Below are positions 32,573 through 43,373 of a DNA stretch of 64,000 nt, piece by piece. The position numbers and the translations under genes are program-made. Each line of letters opens with the position of its first letter. Positions within the stretch are counted from its first letter, which is position 1. The stretch is taken from the NCBI GenBank assembly GCA_031362355.1, contig JANLSJ010000026.1:7240-71239 (forward strand). Reading direction: 5' to 3'. The notes under the pieces were generated by a model. That model was not told the DNA's origin. It did not search any database and saw only the letters and a program-made list of their open reading frames with translations. Origin of the DNA: Sphingomonas sp. (lineage in GTDB: Bacteria > Pseudomonadota > Alphaproteobacteria > Sphingomonadales > Sphingomonadaceae).

Positions 32573-33282
32573 GCGTCGTCCTTTGGTAACAGTCGTTGCA
32601 TTTCGGCCCAGGCGGCTGCTTTGCGGGACTTGGACCCGTCAAACATCCGTGGATGCGCCGTTGCGATTGCGTCCATTATGGTACCGAGATGGTTAACCTT
32701 ATGTAACTTTCCCTTGGCGGCGGCATCATCAACCCCAAGGATCGCACGGCTCGCCGCACCACCGACCAGCCAAAGTTGATTTGGGGCGACATAGCCGATG
32801 TGCTGCTTTGCCAAAACGGCGAGGACATTGAGGCTCTCCTCTGACAGGCGCCCGGTTATGGGACGCCCGGGGCAAAGGCTTGCGATATACACCGACGTGC
32901 GGTCTCGCCCGATGGCTTCGAGCATTTTTGCGAACACGGGGTCGCCCAGCAATTCGCCAGCATCGAGGTCCGCAGGATCGGGAAAATCGACCAGAATCAT
33001 CAAGTCACTGGCAGGATCACCAGCGGGACGAAGGCGCCGCGCGGGCGGGCCAGCGTCGGGGATGTCACCGGTCATCAGATGGTCGAGCAGCGTTTCCAGC
33101 GAATGCGGTAGTGCAATGACGGGTGACTTGATCTCAACGGAATTGGCAGATTTTGTCGCCACTGAAGCGCCGAGCCAATCATGCGGGGCCTCGCCAACAG
33201 CAACGTCCACCCCCGCGTCGCGCCACCAGCCGAGCAGACTTGCAGCGGCCTGAATTTCGAATTTCTGCTGTTGAAGCCCCAT
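32569..33282 (-). CDS. Uracil-DNA glycosylase family 4-like protein, degenerate
   Basis: WWRDAGVD N-terminus, KMLEAIG, ATAHP, KAAAW; motif A altered. Confidence 0.7.
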   Translation of the reverse strand: MGLQQQKFEIQAAASLLGWWRDAGVDVAVGEAPHDWLGASVATKSANSVEIKSPVIALPHSLETLLDHLMTGDIPDAGPPARRLRPAGDPASDLMILVDFPDPADLDAGELLGDPVFAKMLEAIGRDRTSVYIASLCPGRPITGRLSEESLNVLAVLAKQHIGYVAPNQLWLVGGAASRAILGVDDAAAKGKLHKVNHLGTIMDAIATAHPRMFDGSKSRKAAAWAEMQRLLPKDDA

Positions 33283-33385
33283 ATCATGACCAAGCCGGTT
33301 CTTGACGGCGCGGTCAATGCGGGGGAGAGGCCATAAGGACAGCCCGTTACCCGCGCGCGGCAAAGCGCGGCCAAGGATGAGTGCG

Positions 33386-35026
33386 ATGAGCGAACGCGAA
33401 GCAATGCCTTATGATGTTGTGATTATCGGGGCCGGTCCTGCGGGACTGTCGGCGGCGATACGGCTGAAACAGATCAACGGGGATTTATCGGTTTGTATCC
33501 TTGAAAAGGGGTCCGAAGTCGGTGCGCACATATTGTCGGGTGCGGTTGTTGATCCCAAGGCGCTCGACGAGTTGCTACCCGAGTGGCGCGAGAGTGCTTC
33601 GCTGGCGAAAGTGCCGGTTACCGACAACCAGCATTGGGTGCTTTCGAAGACGGGCAAATTTGCGATCCCGCACATATTGCTGCCGCCATTTCTGAACAAC
33701 AAAGGAACCTATACCGGCAGTCTGGGCAATTTGTGCCGCTGGCTGGCCGAGCAGGCCGAAGGATTGGGCGTCGAGATATTTCCGGGTTTTGCCGCTGCCG
33801 AAGTGCTGTTCAACGAGAATGGGTCGATCAAGGGTGTTGCGACCGGCGACATGGGCGTCGCCAAAGATGGCACGCACAAGAGCGACTATCAGCCAGGGCT
33901 TGAACTCCATGCCAAATACACTCTTTTTGCTGAAGGAGTCCGGGGGAGTCTTTCAAAGCAATTGATGAGAGAATTGGAGCTCGGCAAGGACTCGCAGCCG
34001 CAGATTTATGGCTTGGGCATCAAGGAGTTGTGGGACATTGATCCGGCCAACCACGTGCCGGGACGGGTCATCCACACGCAGGGGTGGCCGCTGACCACGG
34101 GCAGCAATGGTGGCGGGTTTCTGTATCATCAGGCCGACGGGCAGGTCGCGCTCGGTTTCGTGACTTGGCTCAACTATCGCAATCCGTATCTGTCGCCGTT
34201 CGAGGAAATGCAGCGCTGGAAAACCCACCCCGAAATCAGCGCGATCCTGAAGGGCGGCCGGCGCGTTTCCTATGGCGCCCGTGCAATCAATGACGGTGGT
34301 TTTCAGGCGGTGCCGAAACTCGCGTTCCAAGGTGGTGCGCTGATCGGTTGCTCGGCGGGTTTCGTGAACGTGCCGCGGATCAAGGGCAGCCATACCGCAA
34401 TGAAAACGGGCATGATGGCCGCCGAAGCCACCGCAGCCGCGATTGCCGCTGGGCGACAAAGTGATACGCTGGAGGCCTATGAGGCTGATTACCGGACGAG
34501 CTGGGTCGCCAAGGAGCTCAGCATGGTGCGCAATGTGTTGCCCGCTGTCGAGAAATTCGGTGATCTACTGGGATCATTGCTCGCGGGGATCATGATGTGG
34601 CTTGAGTATTTGGGCCTGAAACTGCCCTTCACGATGAAGACGCATCCCGACAATGAAAGCTTGTGGCGCACCGATCAGGTCGCGCCGATTGCCTATCCCA
34701 AGCCCGATAATGTGTTCAGTTTCGACCGGCTGTCCTCCGTGTTCCTGTCAAACACCAATCATGCCGAAGACCAGCCCTGCCATTTGCAGTTGAAAGACCC
34801 TGCGGTGCCGATTGCGGTCAATCTGCCGCTTTATGACAATCCCGAGCAGCGATACTGCCCGGCAGGAGTTTACGAGATTGTCGGGCGCGAGGAAGGAAAC
34901 CCAAAACTCCAGATCAATGCGCAGAATTGCGTGCACTGCAAAACTTGCGACATCAAAGACCCGACGCAAAACATCAACTGGGTGGTGCCGGAGGGTGGCG
35001 GTGGTCCGAACTATCCGAATATGTAG
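33386..35026 (+). CDS. Electron transfer flavoprotein-ubiquinone oxidoreductase
   Basis: GAGPAG FAD motif, GAHILSG, CPAGVYE, NCVHCKTCDIKDP, GGGGPNY. Confidence 0.97.
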   Translation: MSEREAMPYDVVIIGAGPAGLSAAIRLKQINGDLSVCILEKGSEVGAHILSGAVVDPKALDELLPEWRESASLAKVPVTDNQHWVLSKTGKFAIPHILLPPFLNNKGTYTGSLGNLCRWLAEQAEGLGVEIFPGFAAAEVLFNENGSIKGVATGDMGVAKDGTHKSDYQPGLELHAKYTLFAEGVRGSLSKQLMRELELGKDSQPQIYGLGIKELWDIDPANHVPGRVIHTQGWPLTTGSNGGGFLYHQADGQVALGFVTWLNYRNPYLSPFEEMQRWKTHPEISAILKGGRRVSYGARAINDGGFQAVPKLAFQGGALIGCSAGFVNVPRIKGSHTAMKTGMMAAEATAAAIAAGRQSDTLEAYEADYRTSWVAKELSMVRNVLPAVEKFGDLLGSLLAGIMMWLEYLGLKLPFTMKTHPDNESLWRTDQVAPIAYPKPDNVFSFDRLSSVFLSNTNHAEDQPCHLQLKDPAVPIAVNLPLYDNPEQRYCPAGVYEIVGREEGNPKLQINAQNCVHCKTCDIKDPTQNINWVVPEGGGGPNYPNM

Positions 35027-36614
35027 CCTCGCGCTGCTGTTGATCCCGGCGGCAACGGTAGCCCGGAGGCCCGATGCGTCTGGAATCAGCGCCTATGTGC
35101 GCGCGCGGGTGGCGGATAGCATCGGGCAATCGGCGGCGGCGGTTGAGAATTATGCGGCGGCACTGACTGCCGACCCGACGAATGCGATGATCGCGTTTCG
35201 GGCATATCGTGAAGCGGTCGAGGCTGGGAATTATCCGCTCGCCGTGCGCGCCGCGAAGACACTAGATGTCTCAGGCAAAGTGCCGCCCGATGCACATATT
35301 TTGCTCTATATCGACGCGCTGCAAACACGCGATTGGTCCGGCGCAGCGGCACGGCTGAACTTGCTTGTCGAGGAACCGGGGTTGGGGTTTCTCGCGCCGA
35401 TGTTCGGGCGGTGGCTGGAAACCTCGACGACGATGCCGCTGGCGCTGACGCTTCGCGGGCCCAAGGCGATTGATCGTAGTGTGAATGCCTATGTCGCCGA
35501 GAATGATGCGCTGATCGCACTATCCCGGGGCGACGTCGTTGAAGGGGTGACGGCAATTAAGGGGATGTGGACGCTCGACCCGTATCGTGCGGGGTCATTG
35601 CGGCTGGCGGCGGCGGCGCGATTGGTCGAATTGCAGCGCAAGGACCGCGCACTCGACCTGATCGTGGCCGACGATAGTGCTGCGAACAATGCGCGAGCGT
35701 TGATCGGCAAAGGCAAAAAGCTGGGCATCGCCGTATCGTCGCCATTGGACGGCGCGGCCTTCCTGTTGGCGCGGGTCGCGGGGGACCTGCTGGTCGAAGG
35801 CAGCGGACGTTCAGCGCTCACCATTGCGCGGATGGCCGAGTTTGCGGCGCCAGCCAATACACGCTTGCGGCTGATGGTCGCTGGCGCGCTCGATGTGCGC
35901 AAGCGACATGATCTTGCGTTGGCGATTGTTGATGGGGTGGTCGGCGACCCGCTCTACGGCGATGACGCGGCGTCATTTCGGATTAGCCAGCTTGAGGGGC
36001 TGCGTCGTTTCGACCAGGCATTAGCGGCAGCGCAGATACGCGCGGCAAAATCGCCCAATGATCAGGGGCGGATCGGTGACATCGAACTGCGCCGCCGGAA
36101 TTTCGATGCCGCTGCTGCCGCCTATCAAGTTGCGCTCGATGCCGTGGGGAGCAAAGCTGCGTGGTCGCTGATTTTTGCAGCTGCAAATGCCTATGACAAT
36201 GCAGGTGACTGGACGCGAGCGAGGCCGCTGCTGGAACGCGCGCTAGCGATGGCACCTGAAGAACCGGCTATCCTGAATGAGCTCGGCTATGGGTTGATTA
36301 TCCACGGCGAGGGCATCGACAGGGGATTATCGTTGGTCAGTCAAGCCGCTGCTTTGCGACCCGACGATGCCGCGATCGTGGATTCGCTGGGCTGGGCGCA
36401 ATATAAGCGCGGTGCCTTTGCCGAAGCAGTACCACTGCTTGAACGCGCTGTTCGCCTCGATCAGGCGCAGCCCGAAATCGGCGAACATCTTGGCGACGCT
36501 TATTGGGCTGCGGGTCGGCGCGTCGAAGCCCGCTATGCTTGGTCAGCGGCGCGGGTGCAGGCGGCGGGTGAGGCGCTTACGCGGCTTGATGGCAAGATTG
36601 CCGGGCAGCGCTGA
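35001..36614 (+). CDS. TPR-repeat exported protein
   Basis: C-terminal TPRs (LNELGY, IVDSLGW, EHLGDAYW); start uncertain, GTG 35001 gives a signal-like N-terminus. Confidence 0.82.
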   Translation: MVRTIRICSLALLLIPAATVARRPDASGISAYVRARVADSIGQSAAAVENYAAALTADPTNAMIAFRAYREAVEAGNYPLAVRAAKTLDVSGKVPPDAHILLYIDALQTRDWSGAAARLNLLVEEPGLGFLAPMFGRWLETSTTMPLALTLRGPKAIDRSVNAYVAENDALIALSRGDVVEGVTAIKGMWTLDPYRAGSLRLAAAARLVELQRKDRALDLIVADDSAANNARALIGKGKKLGIAVSSPLDGAAFLLARVAGDLLVEGSGRSALTIARMAEFAAPANTRLRLMVAGALDVRKRHDLALAIVDGVVGDPLYGDDAASFRISQLEGLRRFDQALAAAQIRAAKSPNDQGRIGDIELRRRNFDAAAAAYQVALDAVGSKAAWSLIFAAANAYDNAGDWTRARPLLERALAMAPEEPAILNELGYGLIIHGEGIDRGLSLVSQAAALRPDDAAIVDSLGWAQYKRGAFAEAVPLLERAVRLDQAQPEIGEHLGDAYWAAGRRVEARYAWSAARVQAAGEALTRLDGKIAGQR

Positions 36615-36617
36615 GAC

Positions 36618-37409
36618 GTGCATGTTGAAACTGCCTATGCGAAGATCAATCTCGCGCTGCATGTCCGGCGGCGGCGCGATGATGGTTATCATGATCTGGA
36701 GACAGTTTTCGCATTCTGCGCCGATGGAGATGTGATCGAGGTAGAAGTCACTGATTCGTTATCGCTGACGATTGACGGGCCGTTTGCCCAAGGGCTTTCA
36801 ACCACAGACAATCTGGTTCTGCGGGCGGCGGAAATATTGGCGCCGGGACAAGGCGCCGCCATACGGCTGACTAAAAACTTGCCTGTTGCATCGGGCATCG
36901 GTGGCGGTTCGGCGGATGCCGCCGCGACGCTAAGACTGCTATCGCGCGTTTGGGGAATCAAATGTGATCTCCATCATATTGCAGCAAAACTTGGGGCCGA
37001 TGTGCCTGCTTGCATTGCCTCGGAGACGGCTAAAGGCGAAGGTCGTGGCGATGATCTCACCGCAAGCGATGCCGACGTGTCGGGAACGCCAGTCTTGCTC
37101 GTTAATCCAATGATTCCACTGGCCACGCCCGCTGTGTTCAAGGCCTGGGATGGCGCTGATCGGGGGCAGCTTTCCGATTGGCGGTCGGGCCGCAACGATC
37201 TTGAGCAGCCCGCGCGGTTGCTCGTGCCCGAGATTGGTAGTTTGGTTGATTGGCTTTCGGCGCAAGCTGGCGTCACGATGGCGCGGATGTCGGGATCGGG
37301 GGCAACCTGTTTTGCCCTGTTTGCCGATCACGCCAGTCGTTCAGCGGTCGCTGCCGAGGCAGCGGACGCATTTCCCGGATACTGGACGATGCAATCGGTG
37401 CTGCGATGA
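36618..37409 (+). CDS. ispE: 4-diphosphocytidyl-2-C-methyl-D-erythritol kinase
   Basis: AKINLAL, GYHDL, PVASGIGGGSADAA, MSGSG. Confidence 0.96.
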   Translation: MHVETAYAKINLALHVRRRRDDGYHDLETVFAFCADGDVIEVEVTDSLSLTIDGPFAQGLSTTDNLVLRAAEILAPGQGAAIRLTKNLPVASGIGGGSADAAATLRLLSRVWGIKCDLHHIAAKLGADVPACIASETAKGEGRGDDLTASDADVSGTPVLLVNPMIPLATPAVFKAWDGADRGQLSDWRSGRNDLEQPARLLVPEIGSLVDWLSAQAGVTMARMSGSGATCFALFADHASRSAVAAEAADAFPGYWTMQSVLR

Positions 37410-38125
37410 GGCCATGGCAGTTGGTGGAGGGCTTGGGCGATGTGCTGACGATTGTCGATCACGCATCGAACCATGTGCCCGGTGATGTTGATCTTGGAAT
37501 TAATCCGTCGCTACTTGAAACGCATATCGGGTGGGATATTGGAGCCGCAGCACTGGCGCACGCGCTTGGTTTTCCGGCATTCTTTGCGACAGTTTCCCGG
37601 CTGGTGATTGACCTGAACCGCGAGGCGGATGCGCCGGGAATCGTGCCGTTGGCGAGCGACGGGACTGTCATTCCCGGCAACGCTGGCGATACAACAGATC
37701 GGATTTCACGATTTTGGCGGCCTTATCACGATGCACTCGAAGCACTAATCGCCGAAACGCGTCCGATCCTTCTGGTATCGCTGCACAGTTTCACACCGAG
37801 CCTTTCATCGCGACGCGAAGAAGCCCGCCCATGGGAGATTGGCATTCTCTACAATGAGGATGAACGCGCGGCTCGGATTGCGATACCGATGCTCGAAGTG
37901 GCGGGCGTCATTGTCGGGAATCAACTCCCCTATTCAGGCAAAGTCCTAAATGCGACGATGAATCGACATGGCGAGGGCACGGGGACGCCTTATCTGGGCA
38001 TCGAAGCGCGACAGGATTTGATCGATAGTGCCGCGGGCGTGACGAAATGGGCACGCATCCTGCTTCCCGTGATCGAAAAATGCGCTAAGCAATTGAGTGT
38101 GGATAAGGGAGCGCACCGCCATTGA
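37406..38125 (+). CDS. N-formylglutamate amidohydrolase family protein
   Basis: DHASN, HIGWDIGA, SRLVIDLNR, SLHSFTP. Confidence 0.9.
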   Translation: MRPWQLVEGLGDVLTIVDHASNHVPGDVDLGINPSLLETHIGWDIGAAALAHALGFPAFFATVSRLVIDLNREADAPGIVPLASDGTVIPGNAGDTTDRISRFWRPYHDALEALIAETRPILLVSLHSFTPSLSSRREEARPWEIGILYNEDERAARIAIPMLEVAGVIVGNQLPYSGKVLNATMNRHGEGTGTPYLGIEARQDLIDSAAGVTKWARILLPVIEKCAKQLSVDKGAHRH

Positions 38126-39171
38126 CGCTTGAACAGCGCGTATTCATCGGATTTGTTGTCGTCGTGTCGCTCGCGATGGCGTGGATCGCTGCGCCTTATT
38201 ACGGTGCGATACTATGGGGCGTGGTGACCGTCATCGTCTTCTGGCCACTCAACCGCAAGCTGCGCGCGGCACTGCCCAACAGGCCCAGTCTGGCCGCCTT
38301 TGCGTCGCTTCTCGCGGTGATCGCAATTGTCATCGTACCAACCATTATCATTGGCACGCTGCTGATCGAGCAGGCGCTATCGACTTATGCCCAGATCGAG
38401 TCACAAAAGCTTGATTTTGGACGAATTATTACCGACCTGCAGGCCGGGTTGCCCAAATCGGTTGCGGCGTTTCTCGACCGAAACGGGTGGGGTGACATGC
38501 AGGATATCCGGCAAAAGCTGGAGAATGTCGCAACGAGCGGCGCGCGCATTGCCGCCACGCAAGCGGTGAACTTCGGGCAAGGCGCGTTCAGCTTTGCGAT
38601 TTCGCTGGGCATCATGCTTTATCTGACTTTTTTCCTGTTAAGAGACGGATCGAAGCTAACGCGCACCATCGGTGAGCGCATTCCACTTGCCGTCCAGCAG
38701 CGGCGCGATCTCTTCGAAAAATTTGCCACTGTCATTCGTGCCACCATCAAGGGGAGCATCGTGGTCGCCATCGTTCAGGGGATTATCGGCGGCGTTGTTT
38801 TCTGGTTTATCGGGATTGAGGCGGCGCTGCTGTGGGGTGTCGTTATGGGCTTTCTGTCGCTGCTGCCAGCGGTGGGCACGGGGCTGATCTGGGTGCCCGT
38901 GGCAATCTACCTTTTTGCGACGGGGCAGAATTGGCAAGGTGCGGTGCTGACCGCTTGCGGTATTTTCATTATCGGTATGGTCGACAATGTCTTGCGACCG
39001 ATATTGGTGGGCAAGGATACGCGCATGCCGGATTATGTGGTGCTCATCTCAACGCTAGGCGGGATCAGCGTCATGGGGATTAACGGCTTTATTGTCGGGC
39101 CTGTGATTGCCGCCCTTTTTATTGCGGCATGGGATATTTTCCTCGCCGAGCGAACGACGGCAACCGCATAA
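38122..39171 (+). CDS. AI-2E family transporter
   Basis: FFLLRDG, VDNVLRP, GFIVGP; multi-TM. Confidence 0.88.
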   Translation: MTLEQRVFIGFVVVVSLAMAWIAAPYYGAILWGVVTVIVFWPLNRKLRAALPNRPSLAAFASLLAVIAIVIVPTIIIGTLLIEQALSTYAQIESQKLDFGRIITDLQAGLPKSVAAFLDRNGWGDMQDIRQKLENVATSGARIAATQAVNFGQGAFSFAISLGIMLYLTFFLLRDGSKLTRTIGERIPLAVQQRRDLFEKFATVIRATIKGSIVVAIVQGIIGGVVFWFIGIEAALLWGVVMGFLSLLPAVGTGLIWVPVAIYLFATGQNWQGAVLTACGIFIIGMVDNVLRPILVGKDTRMPDYVVLISTLGGISVMGINGFIVGPVIAALFIAAWDIFLAERTTATA

Positions 39172-39229
39172 GCATTATTGAGTCGTGCGCGCGGCGGCGG
39201 CATAGGCGGTAGTGGAGATTTGTATAGTC

Positions 39230-40948
39230 ATGCCAATATTCGATAAATCGAAACTGCCCAGTCGCCATGTCTCCGTTGGGCCGGAACGTGCGCCCCATCG
39301 CAGCTATTATTATGCGATGGGGCTTACCGAGGAAGAGATTGCACGCCCGTTCGTTGGTGTGGTTTCGGCGGGGAATGACAGCGCGCCGTGCAATACGACA
39401 CTCGATGCGCAGGCGGATGTGTGTCGCAAGGGCGTGGACGCTGGTGGCGGAATGCCGCGACGATTCAACACGATCACGGTCACTGACGGCATCGCGATGG
39501 GGCATCAGGGGATGAAATCCTCGCTGGTCAGCCGCGAAGTGATTGCCGATTCAGTCGAGCTCAGCGTGCGCGGGCATTGCTATGATGCGCTCGTTGGTTT
39601 TGCTGGATGCGACAAGTCACTGCCGGGCATGATGATGGCGATGCTGCGCCTCAATGTCCCGAGCATTTTCGTTTACGGCGGATCGATCCTGCCGGGCCGG
39701 TTCAACGACCGCGACGTGACTGTAAAAGACGTGTTCGAGATCGTCGGCAAATATGCAGCGGGCGCGTGTCCGCTGTCTGAGGTTGAGGCGCTGGAGAAAG
39801 TCGCTTGCCCGGGGCATGGCGCATGCGGTGGGCAATATACCGCCAACACAATGGCGTGCGTTGGTGAAGCCATCGGATTGTCATTGCCGAACAGCAATAT
39901 GGTCCCCGCGCCTTACACATCACGCGAGCAAATTGCCCATGCGGCGGGGGTGCAAGTGATGGATTTGCTCGCCCGCAACATCCGGCCACGTGACATCTGC
40001 ACGCGCGAGGCGTTCGAAAATGCCGCGCGGATTGTGGCGGCGACGGGTGGATCGACAAATGGTGCGCTGCACTTGCCGGCGATGGCAAACGAGGCGGGTA
40101 TCGACTTCGACCTGTTTGACGTGGCTGAGATTTTCAAGTCCACGCCGTATCTTGCCGACTTGCAACCCGGCGGTCAGTTCGTGGCACGCGATATGTATGA
40201 CGCAGGCGGTGTCTATATGTTGATGAAGACTATGATGGGCGCAGGGCTGCTGCACGGCAATTGCATGACCGTCACCGGGCAGACACTCGGCGAGAATATC
40301 GATCAGGTGACGTGGAACCCCGACCAGAAGGTCATTTATGACGTCAAGACGCCGATCACGCCGACGGGTGGTGTTGTTGGTCTGCGAGGATCGCTCGCCC
40401 CTGATGGAGCAATTGTGAAAGTGGCGGGGCTGCACACGCTTCAGTTTACCGGTCCGGCGCGGGTGTTCGATTGTGAAGAGGATTGCTTTGCCGCTGTGGA
40501 GGCTCGGAGCATTCGCGAGGGGGAAGTCATTGTCATCCGCTACGAGGGACCCAAGGGCGGACCGGGGATGCGCGAGATGCTGTCAACAACGGCTGCGCTT
40601 TATGGGCTGGGCATGGGTGAGAGCGTTGCATTGCTCACGGATGGTCGCTTTTCAGGCGCAACGCGCGGGTTCTGTATCGGCCATGTCGGCCCCGAAGCGA
40701 GCGATGGCGGACCAATCGCGCTCGTCGAGGATGGCGACGTCATCGCGATTGATGCCGAAGCCGGGACGATTGATCTGCGGGTCGACGAAGCGACGATGGC
40801 GGCGCGCAAGGCGGCGTGGCGGCCCCGTGTCAATGACTACCAGGCGGGCGCGCTGTGGCGCTATGCCCAGAATGTTGGCCCCGCGTGGCAGGGCGCCGTG
40901 ACGCATCCGGGTGCGACGGCCGAGCGGCATGTCTATGCGGATATTTAG
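39230..40948 (+). CDS. ilvD: Dihydroxy-acid dehydratase
   Basis: PCN, DGIAMGH, CDKSLPG, GGSTN, GPGMREM, TDGRFSG. Confidence 0.96.
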   Translation: MPIFDKSKLPSRHVSVGPERAPHRSYYYAMGLTEEEIARPFVGVVSAGNDSAPCNTTLDAQADVCRKGVDAGGGMPRRFNTITVTDGIAMGHQGMKSSLVSREVIADSVELSVRGHCYDALVGFAGCDKSLPGMMMAMLRLNVPSIFVYGGSILPGRFNDRDVTVKDVFEIVGKYAAGACPLSEVEALEKVACPGHGACGGQYTANTMACVGEAIGLSLPNSNMVPAPYTSREQIAHAAGVQVMDLLARNIRPRDICTREAFENAARIVAATGGSTNGALHLPAMANEAGIDFDLFDVAEIFKSTPYLADLQPGGQFVARDMYDAGGVYMLMKTMMGAGLLHGNCMTVTGQTLGENIDQVTWNPDQKVIYDVKTPITPTGGVVGLRGSLAPDGAIVKVAGLHTLQFTGPARVFDCEEDCFAAVEARSIREGEVIVIRYEGPKGGPGMREMLSTTAALYGLGMGESVALLTDGRFSGATRGFCIGHVGPEASDGGPIALVEDGDVIAIDAEAGTIDLRVDEATMAARKAAWRPRVNDYQAGALWRYAQNVGPAWQGAVTHPGATAERHVYADI

Positions 40949-41273
40949 TGGCTTTCTGCTCTTGATATTCACGGGGTGCAGTGCAGAGCCGGTCGTTGAA
41001 AACCAGGTCAGTCAGGCCAAACCCAATGATCAGATCGATTGTGCACTTTCAGGCAGTCAGGCCTTTACACGAGATTGCGCTCTCGAGCGCGGCGACGGCA
41101 CGATGCTGACGTTGCGCCACCGGGATGGGGGTTTCCGGCGGTTAACGCTTGAAGCAGACGGCACCATCGACACAGCCGATGGCGCAGACGACATTACAGT
41201 GCAGACTTTGGCCGACGGACGGACGGAGATCACGGTTGGAGAGGATCGCTACCGCCTGCCCGCAACATTGTGA
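40935..41273 (+). CDS. Hypothetical lipoprotein
   Basis: Lipobox FTGC, conserved-looking DGGFRR and DRYRLP. Confidence 0.7.
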   Translation: MRIFSGFLLLIFTGCSAEPVVENQVSQAKPNDQIDCALSGSQAFTRDCALERGDGTMLTLRHRDGGFRRLTLEADGTIDTADGADDITVQTLADGRTEITVGEDRYRLPATL

Positions 41274-42448
41274 GTAATGCCCGCCTGATCGTCCGTATTG
41301 CGTCGCGGGGTGAGGGGGTTACGGCGGACGGCTGCCATGCGCCGCTTGCTGCGCCCGGTGACTGGCTGTTGGAGGATGGCACCGTCGAGCCCGGACCCGA
41401 CCATGCAACCCCGCCGTGCCGTCACTTTCCGGCATGCGGCGGGTGCCAGCTCCAGCACCTGAGCGATACCGGTTATGCGCGATATATTACGGACCGGATC
41501 ACTCATGCGCTGCATGCGCAGGGAATCGACACGCCCGAAATGGATGCCCCCCATCTTTCGCCACCGCGCACGAGACGTCGTGCATCGATGCGTGCGGAGC
41601 GGCGCGGCAAGCATGTTGTGCTGGGTTTCAACGAGGGCGCCAGCAACAATATTGTCGACCTGACTGACTGCGTGATCCTCCTTCCCGAGCTTTTCGCGCT
41701 GCTGGCCCCGTTGCGGCGTTTGCTGACTGCGTTGCTGAATGATCGGGAGCGGGCGGGGGTGACTTTGACGCGCACGGATCAGGGTGTCGATGTTCTGCTC
41801 AGTGGTTTTGAAGTCGTCGGACTGGCGGCAGTTGAGGCGCTTTCAGCTTTTGGTGAGGCAAATAGGTTGGCTCGACTGTCGCTCGACGAGGGTTATGGGT
41901 CCAGCGTGCGCTATGCGCCCGGCGATGTGACCATCACGCTGAGCGGTGTGCCGGTCGGGTTGCCTGAAGGTGCATTTTTGCAGGCAACCGCCGATGGGGA
42001 ACTGGCGCTGGTTCGCGCTGTTCGAGCGGCGGTGTCGGGCGCTGCGTCCGTCGCAGATGTGTTTGCGGGTATCGGGACATTTGCGCTCGCACTACCGGGG
42101 AAGGTTCATGCGGTGGAGGGCGCGCGTGATGCCGTGCTGGCACTGGCCTCAACGCGGCGCGTTACCGTGGAACACCGCGATCTGTTCCGGCGACCGCTTG
42201 CTCCGGCGGAACTCAATCGATTCGACGGCATTGTACTCGATCCCCCGCGTGCTGGAGCGAAGGAACAGATTGACTCGTTGGCGCAATCGGACGTGGCGCG
42301 CATTGCCTATGTTTCCTGCAATCCAGCGACCTTTGCGCGTGATGCAAAAACCTTGATCGACGGCGGCTACATGCTCGCCAAGATTACGCCAGTCGGCCAG
42401 TTCCGATGGTCAACGCATGTCGAGCTGGCCGCCGCGTTCAGTCGCTAG
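41270..42448 (+). CDS. RNA (uracil-5)-methyltransferase, RlmD/TrmA family
   Basis: CRHF..CGGC.LQH Fe-S motif, FLQ, DVFAGIG, LDPPRAG, YVSCNP, HVE. Confidence 0.9.
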   Translation: MSNARLIVRIASRGEGVTADGCHAPLAAPGDWLLEDGTVEPGPDHATPPCRHFPACGGCQLQHLSDTGYARYITDRITHALHAQGIDTPEMDAPHLSPPRTRRRASMRAERRGKHVVLGFNEGASNNIVDLTDCVILLPELFALLAPLRRLLTALLNDRERAGVTLTRTDQGVDVLLSGFEVVGLAAVEALSAFGEANRLARLSLDEGYGSSVRYAPGDVTITLSGVPVGLPEGAFLQATADGELALVRAVRAAVSGAASVADVFAGIGTFALALPGKVHAVEGARDAVLALASTRRVTVEHRDLFRRPLAPAELNRFDGIVLDPPRAGAKEQIDSLAQSDVARIAYVSCNPATFARDAKTLIDGGYMLAKITPVGQFRWSTHVELAAAFSR

Positions 42449-42876
42449 CGCGCAAAAACAATCGCAACGGCATGCACAGTCAGCATCAGCAAACAAAGGC
42501 TCGAAAGTGCGAAAAGCGCGAAGCGCAGTGTCACGCGGTTGACTGTTACTTGAACAAGGCTGTGCGCGATGCGTAGTCCAACATAGGCCCATGCGATCAT
42601 CGCATTCAAGCTGTCACCCGAACCCAAGAATGCCAGCGTCAGCGCAACGGCGTAAAAAACCGTTGGTTGCTCCATCAGGTGATTATAATTGTCGGCTTTC
42701 CATTGCACCGTGACGGGGAGCTTGGGGCCGAGGGAGGCTCCCGTGCCGCCGATCATCGGCTCGTCGAGCAGCCCTGCACGCTTCATTGCAGGAAGGCGCG
42801 TGGCATACATCCATATCCACATGATCATCGACCACGCGGCGAGGACAACGACGGGCTTCAGGATTTCGGATGACAT
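42445..42876 (-). CDS. MAPEG family membrane protein
   Basis: NYNHLMEQP, AWAYVGLRIAHS. Confidence 0.88.
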   Translation of the reverse strand: MSSEILKPVVVLAAWSMIMWIWMYATRLPAMKRAGLLDEPMIGGTGASLGPKLPVTVQWKADNYNHLMEQPTVFYAVALTLAFLGSGDSLNAMIAWAYVGLRIAHSLVQVTVNRVTLRFALFALSSLCLLMLTVHAVAIVFAR

Positions 42877-42879
42877 GGC

Positions 42880-43326
42880 TCAGACTCCGTGAACAGAAAA
42901 GACGGCAATCAGGGCATGGAGTGACAAGGCAATCATGCACAGCGTCGACAAAGCAAAAGCGAGAAACCGAAAGCGTATGATGTTACTTGTAGCCTGGATC
43001 AGGCTGTGAATGATACGGAAGCCGACGTAGGCCCAAGCGATCACTGCATTCAGTCCGTGCCCAGCACCGACAAGCGCGAGCAACATCGCAGCCGCGTAAA
43101 AAATCGTAGGCTGTTCCATGAGGTGGATATAATTGTGTGCTGGCCACTGCGCTTTGTCGTCAATAACGCCGTCCAGACCACCGGGCCTTCCCCCAACAAC
43201 TTTGTTGATATCGATGCCCGCGCGTTTCATTGCCGGGAGACGGACAAAGACCGTCCAAACGAGCATGATGAGTGACCAGGCAATGAGCACCGCTACAGGT
43301 TGCAAAATTTCCGTCGACAAGTTCAT
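42880..43326 (-). CDS. MAPEG family membrane protein (paralogue)
   Basis: NYIHLMEQP, AWAYVGFRIIHS; start reset to ATG 43326. Confidence 0.86.
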   Translation of the reverse strand: MNLSTEILQPVAVLIAWSLIMLVWTVFVRLPAMKRAGIDINKVVGGRPGGLDGVIDDKAQWPAHNYIHLMEQPTIFYAAAMLLALVGAGHGLNAVIAWAYVGFRIIHSLIQATSNIIRFRFLAFALSTLCMIALSLHALIAVFSVHGV

Positions 43327-43373
43327 TCTCCCCAGTTCGGAAGGAAGTTGCCGCAATACGTTGTCAGAAGCAA

